Assembly (NCBI GenBank): GCA_034370465.1
Contig: JAXMLA010000317.1
Span: forward strand, 270-64,269
Length of the DNA stretch: 64,000 bases
Direction: 5' to 3'
Source: Desulfuromonadales bacterium
GTDB lineage: Bacteria > Desulfobacterota > Desulfuromonadia > Desulfuromonadales > UBA2197
Shown here: piece after piece, positions 39,034 to 48,685 of the stretch
Position numbering within the stretch: the first letter of the stretch is position 1
How the letters are laid out: each line of letters opens with the position of its first letter
Notes under the pieces: generated by a model
The model's database searches: none
Seen by the model: only the letters and a program-made list of their open reading frames with translations
What the model was told of the DNA's origin: nothing
Position numbers and translations under genes: made by a program

Positions 39034-41274
39034 ATGCGAAAGATAAATCACTTATTACCCCAAACCAAGGGACGGATCGTTTTTATGTTGGACTCTACAT
39101 TGCTACGTCGCTTAAAGTTGCGCTCCCGCTACTGGATCGTTGCCGTTGTCTTTGTTTCCCTCTTTGCTCTCTCCGCGTCCCTGTTGACGCCCTCGGATGC
39201 TTCGAGTCCGACTGCCGCCACAGAAAACTACGCCGCCAATCGCGCCAAGCTGATCAGTTATGTGCTGCGCAATCAATTGGCGCGCCATCATTACAGCAAC
39301 AAAACTTTCGATGACGAGCTTTCCCGCGCCGCTTACAGCCTCTTTCTCAAACAACTCGATGCACAAAAGCGCTTTCTGCTGCAAGCCGACATCGACCAGC
39401 TCCAGCCCTACGCGCTACTGATTGATAACGAAATCAATCAGGGTGTCATTGAACTCCCGGCCATCGCCGCGCGGATCATGGATCAACGCGTCGTGCAAGT
39501 CCAGGACCTGGTGCATGCCCTCCTCAAAGAAGAGATCGACTTCACCAAAAGTGAAAAGATCGAAACCGACAACGCCAAGCTGAGCTACTGTCGCGACCTG
39601 CCGGAACTGCGCGAGCGCTGGCGAAAAATCATCAAGTATCAGCTTCTCAGTCGCTATATGACTCTCCTTGAGGACCAAAAGAGACTCGAAAGCGCCGGTA
39701 AGAAGATCGACAAAGAACTCATGGCTGAAGCTAAAGTCAAGGTTGGCAAGAGTCTTGACCAGTTCTTTACCCGGATGCTGGAACAGAAGGAGCAGGATCG
39801 CTTCGACAGTTACTTTTCCGCCATCACCGAAGCCTTTGACCCCCATACCAACTACCTGCCGCCGACGCAGAAAGAGGATTTCGACATCAGTATGCGCGGC
39901 TCCCTCGAAGGGATCGGCGCCACCCTCCGCGAAGAAGACGGCTACATTAAGGTGACACAGATTATCCCCGGCAGCGCCTCGTGGCGGCAGGGAGACTTAC
40001 AAGCTGAAGACATCATCCTCAAGGTGGCCGAAGGGAAGGCCGAGCCCGTGGACATTACCGACATGCGCCTGCGCGATGCCGTCACCCTGATTCGCGGCAA
40101 GAAGGGGACCGAGGTCCGTTTGACCGCGAGAAAACCGGACGGCAGCAAGATCATCATACCGATCGTGCGCGACGTCGTGCAGATTGACGAAACCTTTGCC
40201 CGCGGCACAACCATCAAGGACGAAAAGAGCGGCAAGATTTACGGTTATATCCGCATCCCCTCTTTCTACCGCGACTTTCAGGAAAGCGGCAAGGGCGGCC
40301 GTAACGTCACGGACGATGTCCGCACCGAGATCGCCAAGCTTAAAGATAGCAATATCGACGGCCTGATTCTTGATGTGCGCAATAACGGCGGCGGCGCCCT
40401 TTCCGATGCCGTGTCGATTGCCGGGCTCTTCATCAATCCCGGACCGGTCGTCCAGGTGCGCAGCAGCAACGGCAAAACCCAGGTCCTTGATGACGACAGC
40501 AAGACCGTTTATAGTGGCCCCCTCGCCATCCTCGTCAATGAATTCAGCGCCTCAGCATCAGAGATTCTCGCCGGCGCTCTACAGGACTATCGCCGCGCCG
40601 TCATCATCGGCAGTGCCCACACCCACGGTAAAGGGACAGTGCAGGCGATGCTCGATCTCGATCGCGACATCAATCTGCGCAATATGGACCAGTTCCTCCC
40701 CCTTGGAGCGCTCAAAGTAACCATCCAGAAGTTTTATCGCGTCAGCGGCGGTTCGACCCAGTATCGCGGCATTGTCCCCGACATTATCCTCCCTGACCGC
40801 TTACAGTACCTCAAGAGCGGCGAGCGCTATCTCGACCACTCCCTTCCTTGGGACACGATTGAAGCGACTAACTATCGCCCCTGGCCGCAAGCGCTCCCGG
40901 ATATGGAGTGGCTGCAAAGTCGCAGTCAGCAGCGCATTAAAACTGATCCGGCCTGGCAGACCATCAACAAGGACGCGGCCCGCGCCAAGGAGCGGAGCGA
41001 AAAGACCGTAGTCTCCTTGCAATTCACTGAATTACATCGCGACTGGCTGGAAGAGAAGAAGCTGGCAGAAGCGCAGCGGGCGGAAAGCGGCATGCCGAAA
41101 CATGGCGAAAAGGGGAGCAAACGTGAGCCGCTGTTGACCGATGCCGACAAGCTCAAGCAACTCGCCAAGGATACCGAAAAGGATCCGGTCGCCAAGGAAG
41201 CAATGGCGGTCCTCACCGATATCACCACCCACCCTACGGCCGCGACCAAAAAGGCGATCAAGCTGATCAATTAG
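39034..41274 (+). CDS. prc: S41-family carboxy-terminal processing (tail-specific) protease
   Basis: A PDZ region (GYIKVTQIIPGSASWRQGDLQAEDIILKV), and catalytic blocks LILDVRNNGGG and SASASEI...TFGKG-like HTHGKGTVQ. ATG 39085 is an alternative start. Confidence 0.9.
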   Translation: MRKINHLLPQTKGRIVFMLDSTLLRRLKLRSRYWIVAVVFVSLFALSASLLTPSDASSPTAATENYAANRAKLISYVLRNQLARHHYSNKTFDDELSRAAYSLFLKQLDAQKRFLLQADIDQLQPYALLIDNEINQGVIELPAIAARIMDQRVVQVQDLVHALLKEEIDFTKSEKIETDNAKLSYCRDLPELRERWRKIIKYQLLSRYMTLLEDQKRLESAGKKIDKELMAEAKVKVGKSLDQFFTRMLEQKEQDRFDSYFSAITEAFDPHTNYLPPTQKEDFDISMRGSLEGIGATLREEDGYIKVTQIIPGSASWRQGDLQAEDIILKVAEGKAEPVDITDMRLRDAVTLIRGKKGTEVRLTARKPDGSKIIIPIVRDVVQIDETFARGTTIKDEKSGKIYGYIRIPSFYRDFQESGKGGRNVTDDVRTEIAKLKDSNIDGLILDVRNNGGGALSDAVSIAGLFINPGPVVQVRSSNGKTQVLDDDSKTVYSGPLAILVNEFSASASEILAGALQDYRRAVIIGSAHTHGKGTVQAMLDLDRDINLRNMDQFLPLGALKVTIQKFYRVSGGSTQYRGIVPDIILPDRLQYLKSGERYLDHSLPWDTIEATNYRPWPQALPDMEWLQSRSQQRIKTDPAWQTINKDAARAKERSEKTVVSLQFTELHRDWLEEKKLAEAQRAESGMPKHGEKGSKREPLLTDADKLKQLAKDTEKDPVAKEAMAVLTDITTHPTAATKKAIKLIN

Positions 41275-41348
41275 CACCGGCAGAGATGAGTTGACAGACG
41301 GCAAAGAGGTGTGATACCTGATTCTCAAATTTTCGGAGTCGTGAAGCG

Positions 41349-41465
41349 ATGAACCAGCGTCCTTTCCATCAAGATCTGCAGACTGCAACCGCACGAGCTA
41401 CCAGCGCGGCTGCCGCGGCAGTCGCAGTTCCATCCGCTGCCCGACGCTACGAGACCCGGTCATAA
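41349..41465 (+). promoter_or_regulatory. candidate leader-peptide ORF (38 codons, Ala-rich) of an attenuator
   Basis: GGAG lies 10 nt upstream of ATG 41349. The peptide is MNQRPFHQDLQTATARATSAAAAAVAVPSAARRYETRS. Five consecutive Ala codons at 41406-41420 overlap hairpin-forming sequence. See findings. Confidence 0.3.
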
Positions 41466-41494
41466 CCCCCTTTTTCCGTCTCTCATAAGATATC

Positions 41495-41530
41495 AGGCCG
41501 CGGCAGACACGTCGCGGCCTTTCCTTTTTC
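41495..41530 (+). terminator. intrinsic terminator ~30 nt upstream of aminotransferase SD
   Basis: AGGCCGCG (41495-41502) / CGCGGCCT (41513-41520), extendable by 2 bp, followed by TTCCTTTTTC. Confidence 0.7.
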
Positions 41531-41561
41531 AACGAGCCAAGATCCTTTAAGGAGAAGATTC

Positions 41562-42866
41562 ATGCGTAACAACATTGTGCCGATCGGTGGCGGAGAGATG
41601 ACTTACGAGATTCGCGCCATTGTCGACATTGCCGACAAACTCAAAAAGCTCGGACTCAAGACCAATATGGAGAATATCGGCGATCCCGTCGCCAAGGGGG
41701 AACAGATCCCCGCCTGGATGAAACAGATCGTCGCCGATCTCGCCATGGAGAATGCCTCCTACGGCTACTGCCCGACCCGCGGCGTCCTTGAGACCCGGGA
41801 GTATATCGCCGAACTGACTAACCAGCGCGGCAAGCTGCAGATCACACCCGAGGATATCCTCTTCTTCAACGGCCTCGGCGATGCCATTCAAAAGGTCTAC
41901 GGCTGCCTGCGCCACGAATGTCGGGTGATTGTCCCCTCGCCGACCTATTCGACCCACTCGTCCGCCGAGGCCGCCCACGCCGGTCAACCGGCGGTGACCT
42001 ACCGCCTCGCCGCCGAGAACCACTGGTATCCCGACCTTGAAGAGCTGCGCAACAAGGTCAAGTTCAACCCGGCGATCTCCGGCATTCTGTTGATCAATCC
42101 CGACAACCCCACCGGTGTCGTTTATCCGGAAGCGATCCTGCGCGAAATCGTTGCTATTGCCAAAGAATATGATCTCTTCATCATCAGCGACGAGATCTAT
42201 CACAATATCACCTACAACGGCACTTCTACCCTGCCGATCTCCGACCTCATCGGCGATGTTCCTGCTATCGCCATGAAAGGGATCAGCAAAGAGTTCCCTT
42301 GGCCGGGCGGCCGCAGCGGCTGGATCGAGGTCTACAATGCCGACAAAGATCCGATCTTCGCCAAATATGTCGCTTCCATCCTCAACGCCAAACTCGTCGA
42401 GGTCTGCGCCACCACCCTGCCGCAGATGGCGGTCAAACCGATGATGACCCACCCGGAATATCCGGTTTATCTCGAAGAGCGCAAGAATCGATACCAGCGC
42501 GCCTCGAATATCGCTTACGACATCCTCAAGGATGTTTCCGGCCTCAAGGTCAATCGCACCAACGGTGCTTTCTATATGGCGGTTGCCTTTGATGACGCTG
42601 TGCTGACCAGCACCCAGAGCTTGCCGATTGCCAACGGGGAAGTCAAAACCCTCGTCGAAGGGCTGGTTAACACTCCCGGCTGCTCCCTCGACAAACGCTT
42701 TGTCTATTATCTCCTTGCTTCGACCGGCATATGCACTGTCCCGCTCACCTCCTTCTGCACCACCCAGCCGGGTTTCCGCATTACCCTTCTGGAGCGGGAT
42801 GAAGCCGAGCTGACGCGCATCTTCCAGACGATTGCGGCGAGTGTGCAGGCGTATTTGAAGTCTTAG
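41562..42866 (+). CDS. PLP-dependent class I aminotransferase, AlaA (alanine-forming) family-like
   Basis: The pattern is shared with E. coli AlaA: Y-IR...NIGDP...GYC...RG...INPDNPTGVVY...DEIY. AAGGAG SD at 41549. Confidence 0.85.
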   Translation: MRNNIVPIGGGEMTYEIRAIVDIADKLKKLGLKTNMENIGDPVAKGEQIPAWMKQIVADLAMENASYGYCPTRGVLETREYIAELTNQRGKLQITPEDILFFNGLGDAIQKVYGCLRHECRVIVPSPTYSTHSSAEAAHAGQPAVTYRLAAENHWYPDLEELRNKVKFNPAISGILLINPDNPTGVVYPEAILREIVAIAKEYDLFIISDEIYHNITYNGTSTLPISDLIGDVPAIAMKGISKEFPWPGGRSGWIEVYNADKDPIFAKYVASILNAKLVEVCATTLPQMAVKPMMTHPEYPVYLEERKNRYQRASNIAYDILKDVSGLKVNRTNGAFYMAVAFDDAVLTSTQSLPIANGEVKTLVEGLVNTPGCSLDKRFVYYLLASTGICTVPLTSFCTTQPGFRITLLERDEAELTRIFQTIAASVQAYLKS

Positions 42867-42886
42867 TCATTGCTGGATAAAAATTA

Positions 42887-42925
42887 CAAAAACGCCGCTG
42901 AGAAATGGCTTCAGCGGCGTTTTTG
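42887..42925. terminator. bidirectional intrinsic terminator
   Basis: AAAAACGCCGCTGA gaaatggct TCAGCGGCGTTTTT, between convergent genes. Confidence 0.7.
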
Positions 42926-42943
42926 TGCTTATGTTGAACCGTA

Positions 42944-43789
42944 TCACGGGATTGAAAATTCAAGGTGGTAGCCGGCGCCGGCATCCTGGCGCAAAAGTTC
43001 GACCAAGGTGGGGAGAACGCTTTGCATTGTTGCGGGCAGAGTGTAGGGAGGATTGACGATAAAGAGGCCGCTACCGTGCATGCCGAAGCCGTCGCCGGAG
43101 GGCGATTGAACCGTGAGGGTGACGTGCAGCCAGCTCGGGAGATTGAGAGCCTTGAGACGATCGGGCAGCGCCTGCGCCTCGCTCCGCTGTAACTGCGGAT
43201 ACCACAGGGCGTAGGTGCCGGAAGCAAAGCGCTTCACTGCATCGCCAAGCAGCTTGACCACCCGCTCGTAATCGCGCTTCTCTTCGTAAGGAGGGTCGAT
43301 GAGGACCAAGGCGCGCCGGGTCGGCGGCGGCAACAGTCCTTTCAAGCCGGTAAAGCCGTCGCTTCCCGCGATTTTCACCTGTTTTCCGGCCGCGCTAAAG
43401 GTGGCGCGCAGCAGTTCCTGATCGCGGGGATGGAGTTCAAAGAGCCACATCCGGTCGTCAGGCCGCAGCAACTGACCGGCCAGCCAGGGAGAGCCGGGAT
43501 AGCGGCTCAGCTCCGGACCGGGGTTGCAGGCACGAATTTGCTGACAAAAGGCCGCAAGGGGCGCCGGGAGACCCTGCTGCTTCCACAGCCGGCCAATGCC
43601 GGCAGCGTATTCGGCATTCTGGGTGGCATACCCCTGATCGAGCTCATAAAAGCCGGCCCCGGCGTGGGTATCAATATAAGAAAAGGGCTTCTCTTTGCGC
43701 CGAAAATAGTTCAGCAGCTCCACCAGCACCAGGTGCTTGAGGAGATCGGCGTGGTTGCCGGCATGAAAAGCGTGGCGATAGCTGAGCAT
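42944..43789 (-). CDS. rlmJ: 23S rRNA (adenine2030-N6)-methyltransferase
   Basis: MLSYRHAFHAGNHADLLKH...IDTHAGAG...LIDPPYE. Confidence 0.9.
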   Translation of the reverse strand: MLSYRHAFHAGNHADLLKHLVLVELLNYFRRKEKPFSYIDTHAGAGFYELDQGYATQNAEYAAGIGRLWKQQGLPAPLAAFCQQIRACNPGPELSRYPGSPWLAGQLLRPDDRMWLFELHPRDQELLRATFSAAGKQVKIAGSDGFTGLKGLLPPPTRRALVLIDPPYEEKRDYERVVKLLGDAVKRFASGTYALWYPQLQRSEAQALPDRLKALNLPSWLHVTLTVQSPSGDGFGMHGSGLFIVNPPYTLPATMQSVLPTLVELLRQDAGAGYHLEFSIP

Positions 43790-43818
43790 CAGAGATCCTT
43801 CAAAAATTTAAAAGCAGG

Positions 43819-44532
43819 TCAAACCGTGCCGAAATCGCCATAGCGATTTTGCAGGACAGCGGCGACCGCCATCCCTGCGGTCTCGGTGCGGAGAATCCGC
43901 TTTCCCAAAGAGACGGGAATAAAACCGGCCATCACCGCCGCGTCTGCTTCCGCCGCTGAAAATCCCCCTTCCGGCCCGACCAGCAGAGCACAGCTGGCCG
44001 GAACTTCCGGCGGCAGGACGCTATTAAGGGGGGTGCTCCCCTCTTCCCACAACATCAGCCGCAGCGACTCGGTTGTCGCTGTCAGCGCCGCCGCCAAAGG
44101 TTGCAGCTCCTCCAGAATGGGGAGGAGGGGACGGCGACTCTGGCGGGCCGCTTCCTGAATAATCCTTTGCCAACGGGCGGTCTTTTCCCCCCGCACCTGA
44201 CTGCGCGCGGTGAGAACCGGCGTAAAGGCGCTGACTCCGAGCTCCACCCCTTTCTCCAGCAGCCATTCAAACTTCTCCCCCTTGGGCAGCCCCTGCAGCA
44301 GCCGCAAAGGGAGGAGCGACTCTCTTTCCTCCCAGCGCTCGAGTACGTCCGCCTGCGCTGTACTCCGGCTGAGCTGCCGCAGGATGCCCCGTACCAGGTG
44401 ACCGCATCCGTCGAGAAGGAGGAGTTCATCCCCGATGCGCAGACGCAGGACGCTCAGATGGTGGAAGGCTTCATCGCTGATCACGACGCTCGACTCCTGC
44501 AGCGCCGCCGGGAGAACAAAGAGGCGATGCAT
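43819..44532 (-). CDS. rsmE: 16S rRNA (uracil1498-N3)-methyltransferase
   Basis: ATG 44532 (MHRLFV...) shares 1 nt with the prmA stop (TGATG). RsmE pattern HHLSVLRLRIGDELLLLDG...LLVGPEGGFS. Confidence 0.9.
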   Translation of the reverse strand: MHRLFVLPAALQESSVVISDEAFHHLSVLRLRIGDELLLLDGCGHLVRGILRQLSRSTAQADVLERWEERESLLPLRLLQGLPKGEKFEWLLEKGVELGVSAFTPVLTARSQVRGEKTARWQRIIQEAARQSRRPLLPILEELQPLAAALTATTESLRLMLWEEGSTPLNSVLPPEVPASCALLVGPEGGFSAAEADAAVMAGFIPVSLGKRILRTETAGMAVAAVLQNRYGDFGTV

Positions 44533-45449
44533 CACGGCCGCCGGTAAAGGAGGCACGACCAGTCCTCATTGTGACGGATCTCCGGCGCTGCGAGTCCGTA
44601 GGCATTGAAAGCATTGATCACCATCGCCTCCTTCTCGATGAGTATCCCGGAAAGGACGAGCCGACCGCCGGGGGCCAGGCGGGCGAGCAGGGCGTCGGCG
44701 AGGCGGATATTCTCTTCCGCAAGGATATTGGCCAAAACCAGATCGAAGCTCCCTTCCAACTCTTCCAGGGGGGCAATGGTGAAGGAGATCTTTTCGTCAA
44801 CCTGATTGAGGATGGCATTTTCAAAAGCAATTGCGCACGCATCCGCGTCGATGTCACAAGCGACGACCTCTTCAGCGCCGTAGGCAGCGGCGGCAATGGC
44901 GAGGATCCCGGAACCGGTGCCGACATCGAGGACGCGGCGCGGCGGCACGGCACTCTCAAAGGCGGCGGCGACCGCTTCGAGACAAAGGCGGGTGGTGCCG
45001 TGCGTGCCGGTGCCAAAGGCCATCCCCGGATCAATTTCGATGACAACATCGTCGGGCTGCGGCGTAAAGGCTTCCCAACTCGGCCGCACCACCAGGCGCC
45101 GGCTGATCCGGGTCGTCGGAAAGTGCTGCTTCCAGCCTTCCGCCCAATCTTCGTTCCGCACCACCGTAAAGCTCGGGGCTTGCGGTTGCCAGCCGGGAAA
45201 GGCCGGCGCCAGTTCACACATCCGCTGATGAATGGCGCTCAGCAAGGCGGCACTATCGTCCGGCTGCGGGAAGTAGGCACGCAGGGCCAGAGTTTCACTG
45301 ACCATTTCCTCCGGATCCGGCGCGACAAAAGTGTCGAGTTCCCGGTTTTCCAGAGTCACCCCTTCACTCCCCATTTCCGCCAGGACAAACCCGACGGTTT
45401 CAGCAACCGTCGCCGGGACAGTCAATACAACTTCAATCCATTCATCCAT
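44532..45449 (-). CDS. prmA: ribosomal protein L11 methyltransferase
   Basis: WIEVVLTV..., SAM motif VLDVGTGSGILAIAAA. Confidence 0.95.
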   Translation of the reverse strand: MDEWIEVVLTVPATVAETVGFVLAEMGSEGVTLENRELDTFVAPDPEEMVSETLALRAYFPQPDDSAALLSAIHQRMCELAPAFPGWQPQAPSFTVVRNEDWAEGWKQHFPTTRISRRLVVRPSWEAFTPQPDDVVIEIDPGMAFGTGTHGTTRLCLEAVAAAFESAVPPRRVLDVGTGSGILAIAAAAYGAEEVVACDIDADACAIAFENAILNQVDEKISFTIAPLEELEGSFDLVLANILAEENIRLADALLARLAPGGRLVLSGILIEKEAMVINAFNAYGLAAPEIRHNEDWSCLLYRRP

Positions 45450-45496
45450 AAAAAACTTCCTTTACACAAATAAATATTTTTTCTCTGAAGCGGTCC

Positions 45497-45525
45497 TTGA
45501 CATCACTCTTTTTCCATTTTAATGT
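45497..45525 (+). promoter_or_regulatory. sigma70-type promoter upstream of ppsR-like gene
   Basis: TTGACA (45497-45502), 17-nt spacer, TAATGT (45520-45525). Confidence 0.45.
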
Positions 45526-45585
45526 TAGTGAGAAATTTAATGAGTAAATATCATAAGTGGTATTTTTTCTACCAAAAAGGCCCCC

Positions 45586-46392
45586 ATGGGAACACAAAAA
45601 TATATCTTTCTGCTCTCGGACGCAACCGGTGAAACGATTGAACGGATGTGCACCGCCGCCCTGACCCAGTTTCAGGACAAGACGGTCACCATCCGGCGCA
45701 TCGCCAATGTCCGCAGCAAGTCGCACCTGCTCGACATCCTCGACGAAGCGAGCCGACTCAATGCTCTGGTCGTTTATACTCTGGTCAATAATGAACTAGC
45801 GCAGATCGCCCATGACGAATGTACCAGTCGCGCCATCCCCTCTCTCGATTTGATGACCCCCCTGCTGCTGCGCATGTCCCGCTATCTCGGCCAGGCGCCG
45901 CAGCAGATGCCGGGACTGCTGCACGGGGTGGACGATGCTTATTACAAGCGAATCGAAGCGGTGGAGTTTACGGTCAAACATGACGACGGCCAGGAGACGC
46001 GCAATCTCCATAAAGCCGACATTGTTCTCGTCGGGGTGTCGCGCACCAGCAAGACCCCGCTCTCCATCTACCTTGCCCACCGCGGCTGGAAGGTGGCGAA
46101 TGTACCGTTGGTTCCCGGCATCGACCCGCCGCCGGAACTCTTCAAGATCGATCAAGGGCGGGTGGCGGCCCTGATCATCGATGCGCACCGCCTTGTCGAA
46201 CTCCGCGCCGCCCGACTGCGCACCCTCGGCCAGGACCCGCGCACCGCGTATGCCGACCTCGAAGAGATCGATACCGAGTTGCGGCAGGTCCGGGCTTTTT
46301 ACCGTCGCCAACCCTGGGTCATGATCGATGTGACCGGTAAAGCGGTCGAAGAGACCGCCAACGAAGTTCTGGTGAAACTTGGACTTAAATAA
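45586..46392 (+). CDS. ppsR: pyruvate,phosphate dikinase / PEP synthase regulatory kinase-pyrophosphorylase (DUF299)
   Basis: [13 protein letters not shown]...[18 protein letters not shown]. Confidence 0.9.
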   Translation: MGTQKYIFLLSDATGETIERMCTAALTQFQDKTVTIRRIANVRSKSHLLDILDEASRLNALVVYTLVNNELAQIAHDECTSRAIPSLDLMTPLLLRMSRYLGQAPQQMPGLLHGVDDAYYKRIEAVEFTVKHDDGQETRNLHKADIVLVGVSRTSKTPLSIYLAHRGWKVANVPLVPGIDPPPELFKIDQGRVAALIIDAHRLVELRAARLRTLGQDPRTAYADLEEIDTELRQVRAFYRRQPWVMIDVTGKAVEETANEVLVKLGLK

Positions 46393-46457
46393 GCAAGGAC
46401 AGCGGTTATCCGCGCGTTACTGATTACCCCAAAACCTAACACAAAAGGAGAGATTTC

Positions 46458-47129
46458 ATGAAAATTCTGGTTGTTGAAGATGAAAAAAAAGTCGCCAGCT
46501 TTATCAAGCGCGGCCTCGAAGAAGAAGGATTTAATGTCGACCTTGCTCATGACGGGGAAGAAGGGCTGTTTATGGCCGAGGCCAACCAGTACAGCTTGAT
46601 CCTGATGGATTTGATGCTGCCGAAAAAGGATGGCCTGACCGTGCTGCGCGAATTGCGTGACAAAGGGGTCAGTACCCCGGTCCTTTGTCTGACTGCCAAG
46701 GACAGCATCGATGATGTCGTCTCCGGTTTCAACTCCGGCAGCGACGACTATCTGACCAAACCCTTTGCCTTTGCTGAACTCATCGCCCGGGTGCGCGCCT
46801 TGCTGCGGCGCGGCACCATGGATCGCGGTGCCGAACTCCGCTTTGCCGACCTGCGCCTCGATCCGGTCGCCCATAAAGTTTGGCGCGGTAGTGATGAGCT
46901 CGACCTCACCGCCAAAGAGTACGCCTTGATCGAATATTTCATGCGCAATCCCAATCAGGTTCTCACCCGCACAATGATCGCCGAGCGGGTCTGGGACTAC
47001 ACCTTCGATTCCTTTACCAATATTATCGATGTCTATGTCAATTACCTGCGTAAGAAGATCGATCGCGACTACGACAAAAAGCTGATTCAGACAGTACGGG
47101 GCATCGGCTACATGCTCAAGGAGGACTGA
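46458..47129 (+). CDS. OmpR-family response regulator (CusR/CopR-like)
   Basis: MKILVVEDEKKVASFI...LILMDLMLPKKDG...DDYLTKPF, plus a winged-helix C-terminus. Confidence 0.9.
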   Translation: MKILVVEDEKKVASFIKRGLEEEGFNVDLAHDGEEGLFMAEANQYSLILMDLMLPKKDGLTVLRELRDKGVSTPVLCLTAKDSIDDVVSGFNSGSDDYLTKPFAFAELIARVRALLRRGTMDRGAELRFADLRLDPVAHKVWRGSDELDLTAKEYALIEYFMRNPNQVLTRTMIAERVWDYTFDSFTNIIDVYVNYLRKKIDRDYDKKLIQTVRGIGYMLKED

Positions 47130-48599
47130 TTGCCCCACCGCCCTTCGATTCGCTCCTCGATCCGGTACAAGTTAACCCTGTGGTTTGCCTTGATCCTGGC
47201 GATACTGATGCTCTCCAGCGAAATTTTCTGGGATCGCCATCTCGCCACCATTCTCGAAGGGAATACCGACAACCGCCTGGCGCGGACCGGTGAGATCCTC
47301 GCAGATCTGAGTCACAAAGAAGCATACGATGCGCCCGGCGTGGAAGACGCCCAATGTGAGGAGATCAAGAATTTTTTGCAGCGCCATAACTGGGGGGTCG
47401 CGATCCAGCAACGCAACCCGCACGGCGAACCGACCTGCATCACTGAGAACCTCGGCGATCTCCGCTTTCCCCTCAATCGCCGCGCCCTGCGGCAACTCAG
47501 TCAAGGGGAAACGTACTTCGAAACCTTTACCAGCGAGACCGGGGAGCGTTACCGGGTGATGACCATGCCCCTATATGATGACGGCGACCGCCGCCTGGTC
47601 GACGTGCTGCAGGTCGGTGAAAATCTGGAAGCGAACGACACCGCTCTGGCGCTGTTACTCTGGAAGCGCATCATCTACACACCGCTGCTGATCCTTATGT
47701 TGAGCGTGTGCGGCTGGTTTCTGGCCGGTCGCGCCCTCTTGCCATTACAACGGATTACCGATGATATCCGCAAAATTACTGTCGAAAACCTCAATCTGCG
47801 CCTCCCGGTCGGTAAAAAACCGAATGAACTGACCGAACTCAGTATCAGCTTCAACGAAACCCTCGAACGCCTCGCTAACTCTTTCAGCCGGATCAAACAA
47901 TTTACCGGCGATGCATCCCATGAATTGCGGACCCCGCTGGCCATCCTCAAGGGGGAGACCGAAGTCTCCCTGCGCTGGGCCAAAGGAGAGGAGGAGTTGC
48001 GCCAGACTCTGGCTTCCAATCTTGAAGAGATCGAAAGAATGGAAAGGATCACCGAGGGACTCCTCCATCTTGCCAAGAGTGAATCCGGCGAATTTCACCT
48101 CAATCTCAGCGTCTTCTCTCTCAACGATCTGCTGCAGGATCTCTACATTCACAGCAAAACCCTCAGTGATCCGAAAAAGATCGAAACGATCCTGCAGTTG
48201 CAGGTCGATCATGAAGTCTTTATTCGCGCCGACCAGATGCACCTGCACCGCGCCCTCCTTAATTTTATCACCAATGCGATCAAATACACCCCGGAAGGAG
48301 GGCTGGTGACCATCGCTCTGGCGCTGAACGATGAACAGGAGGCGCGAATTCATGTCAGCGACACCGGCATGGGGATTCCCGCTGTACATCTCCCCCACAT
48401 CTTTGAGCGCTTTTACCGGGTCGATGAAGCCCGCAACCGCAATATCGGCGGCACCGGACTCGGCCTCTCCATTGTCAAAGCGATTATCGACGCCCATCAT
48501 GGTCGCATCCGCGTCCTCTCCACCCCCGGCCAGGGGAGTGAATTTATCGTTTACCTGCCGCTCGATCAGGCGACCACACCGGCTTCGGTGCCATCATGA
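47130..48599 (+). CDS. sensor histidine kinase (CusS-like)
   Basis: TTG start abuts the regulator stop. It has two TMs, HAMP, the H-box FTGDASHELRTPL, and HATPase_c (GTGLGLSIVK). Confidence 0.85.
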   Translation: MPHRPSIRSSIRYKLTLWFALILAILMLSSEIFWDRHLATILEGNTDNRLARTGEILADLSHKEAYDAPGVEDAQCEEIKNFLQRHNWGVAIQQRNPHGEPTCITENLGDLRFPLNRRALRQLSQGETYFETFTSETGERYRVMTMPLYDDGDRRLVDVLQVGENLEANDTALALLLWKRIIYTPLLILMLSVCGWFLAGRALLPLQRITDDIRKITVENLNLRLPVGKKPNELTELSISFNETLERLANSFSRIKQFTGDASHELRTPLAILKGETEVSLRWAKGEEELRQTLASNLEEIERMERITEGLLHLAKSESGEFHLNLSVFSLNDLLQDLYIHSKTLSDPKKIETILQLQVDHEVFIRADQMHLHRALLNFITNAIKYTPEGGLVTIALALNDEQEARIHVSDTGMGIPAVHLPHIFERFYRVDEARNRNIGGTGLGLSIVKAIIDAHHGRIRVLSTPGQGSEFIVYLPLDQATTPASVPS

Positions 48600-48685
48600 A
48601 AAGGCGGACTGTACGGCTCAATTCGGCAAGCGCTGCTGTGCTATCGCACAGTGCATTCCCTCTAATGCTGTGATATTTTTCAACC

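Noticed and set aside
41291-41530. Known riboswitch or RNA classes for the aminotransferase leader (lysine L-box, T-box, TPP, GEMM-I, 6S RNA)
   Set aside because: AGAGGTGTGA resembles the L-box start and ACCTGATTCTC resembles part of the TPP box. None of the further conserved elements follow: GUCGCCGAAG, CUGAGA, the T-box GGUGGUACCGCG, or GCACAGGGCAAACC. A 6S-like rod can be drawn but is not compelling. This needs a covariance-model scan.
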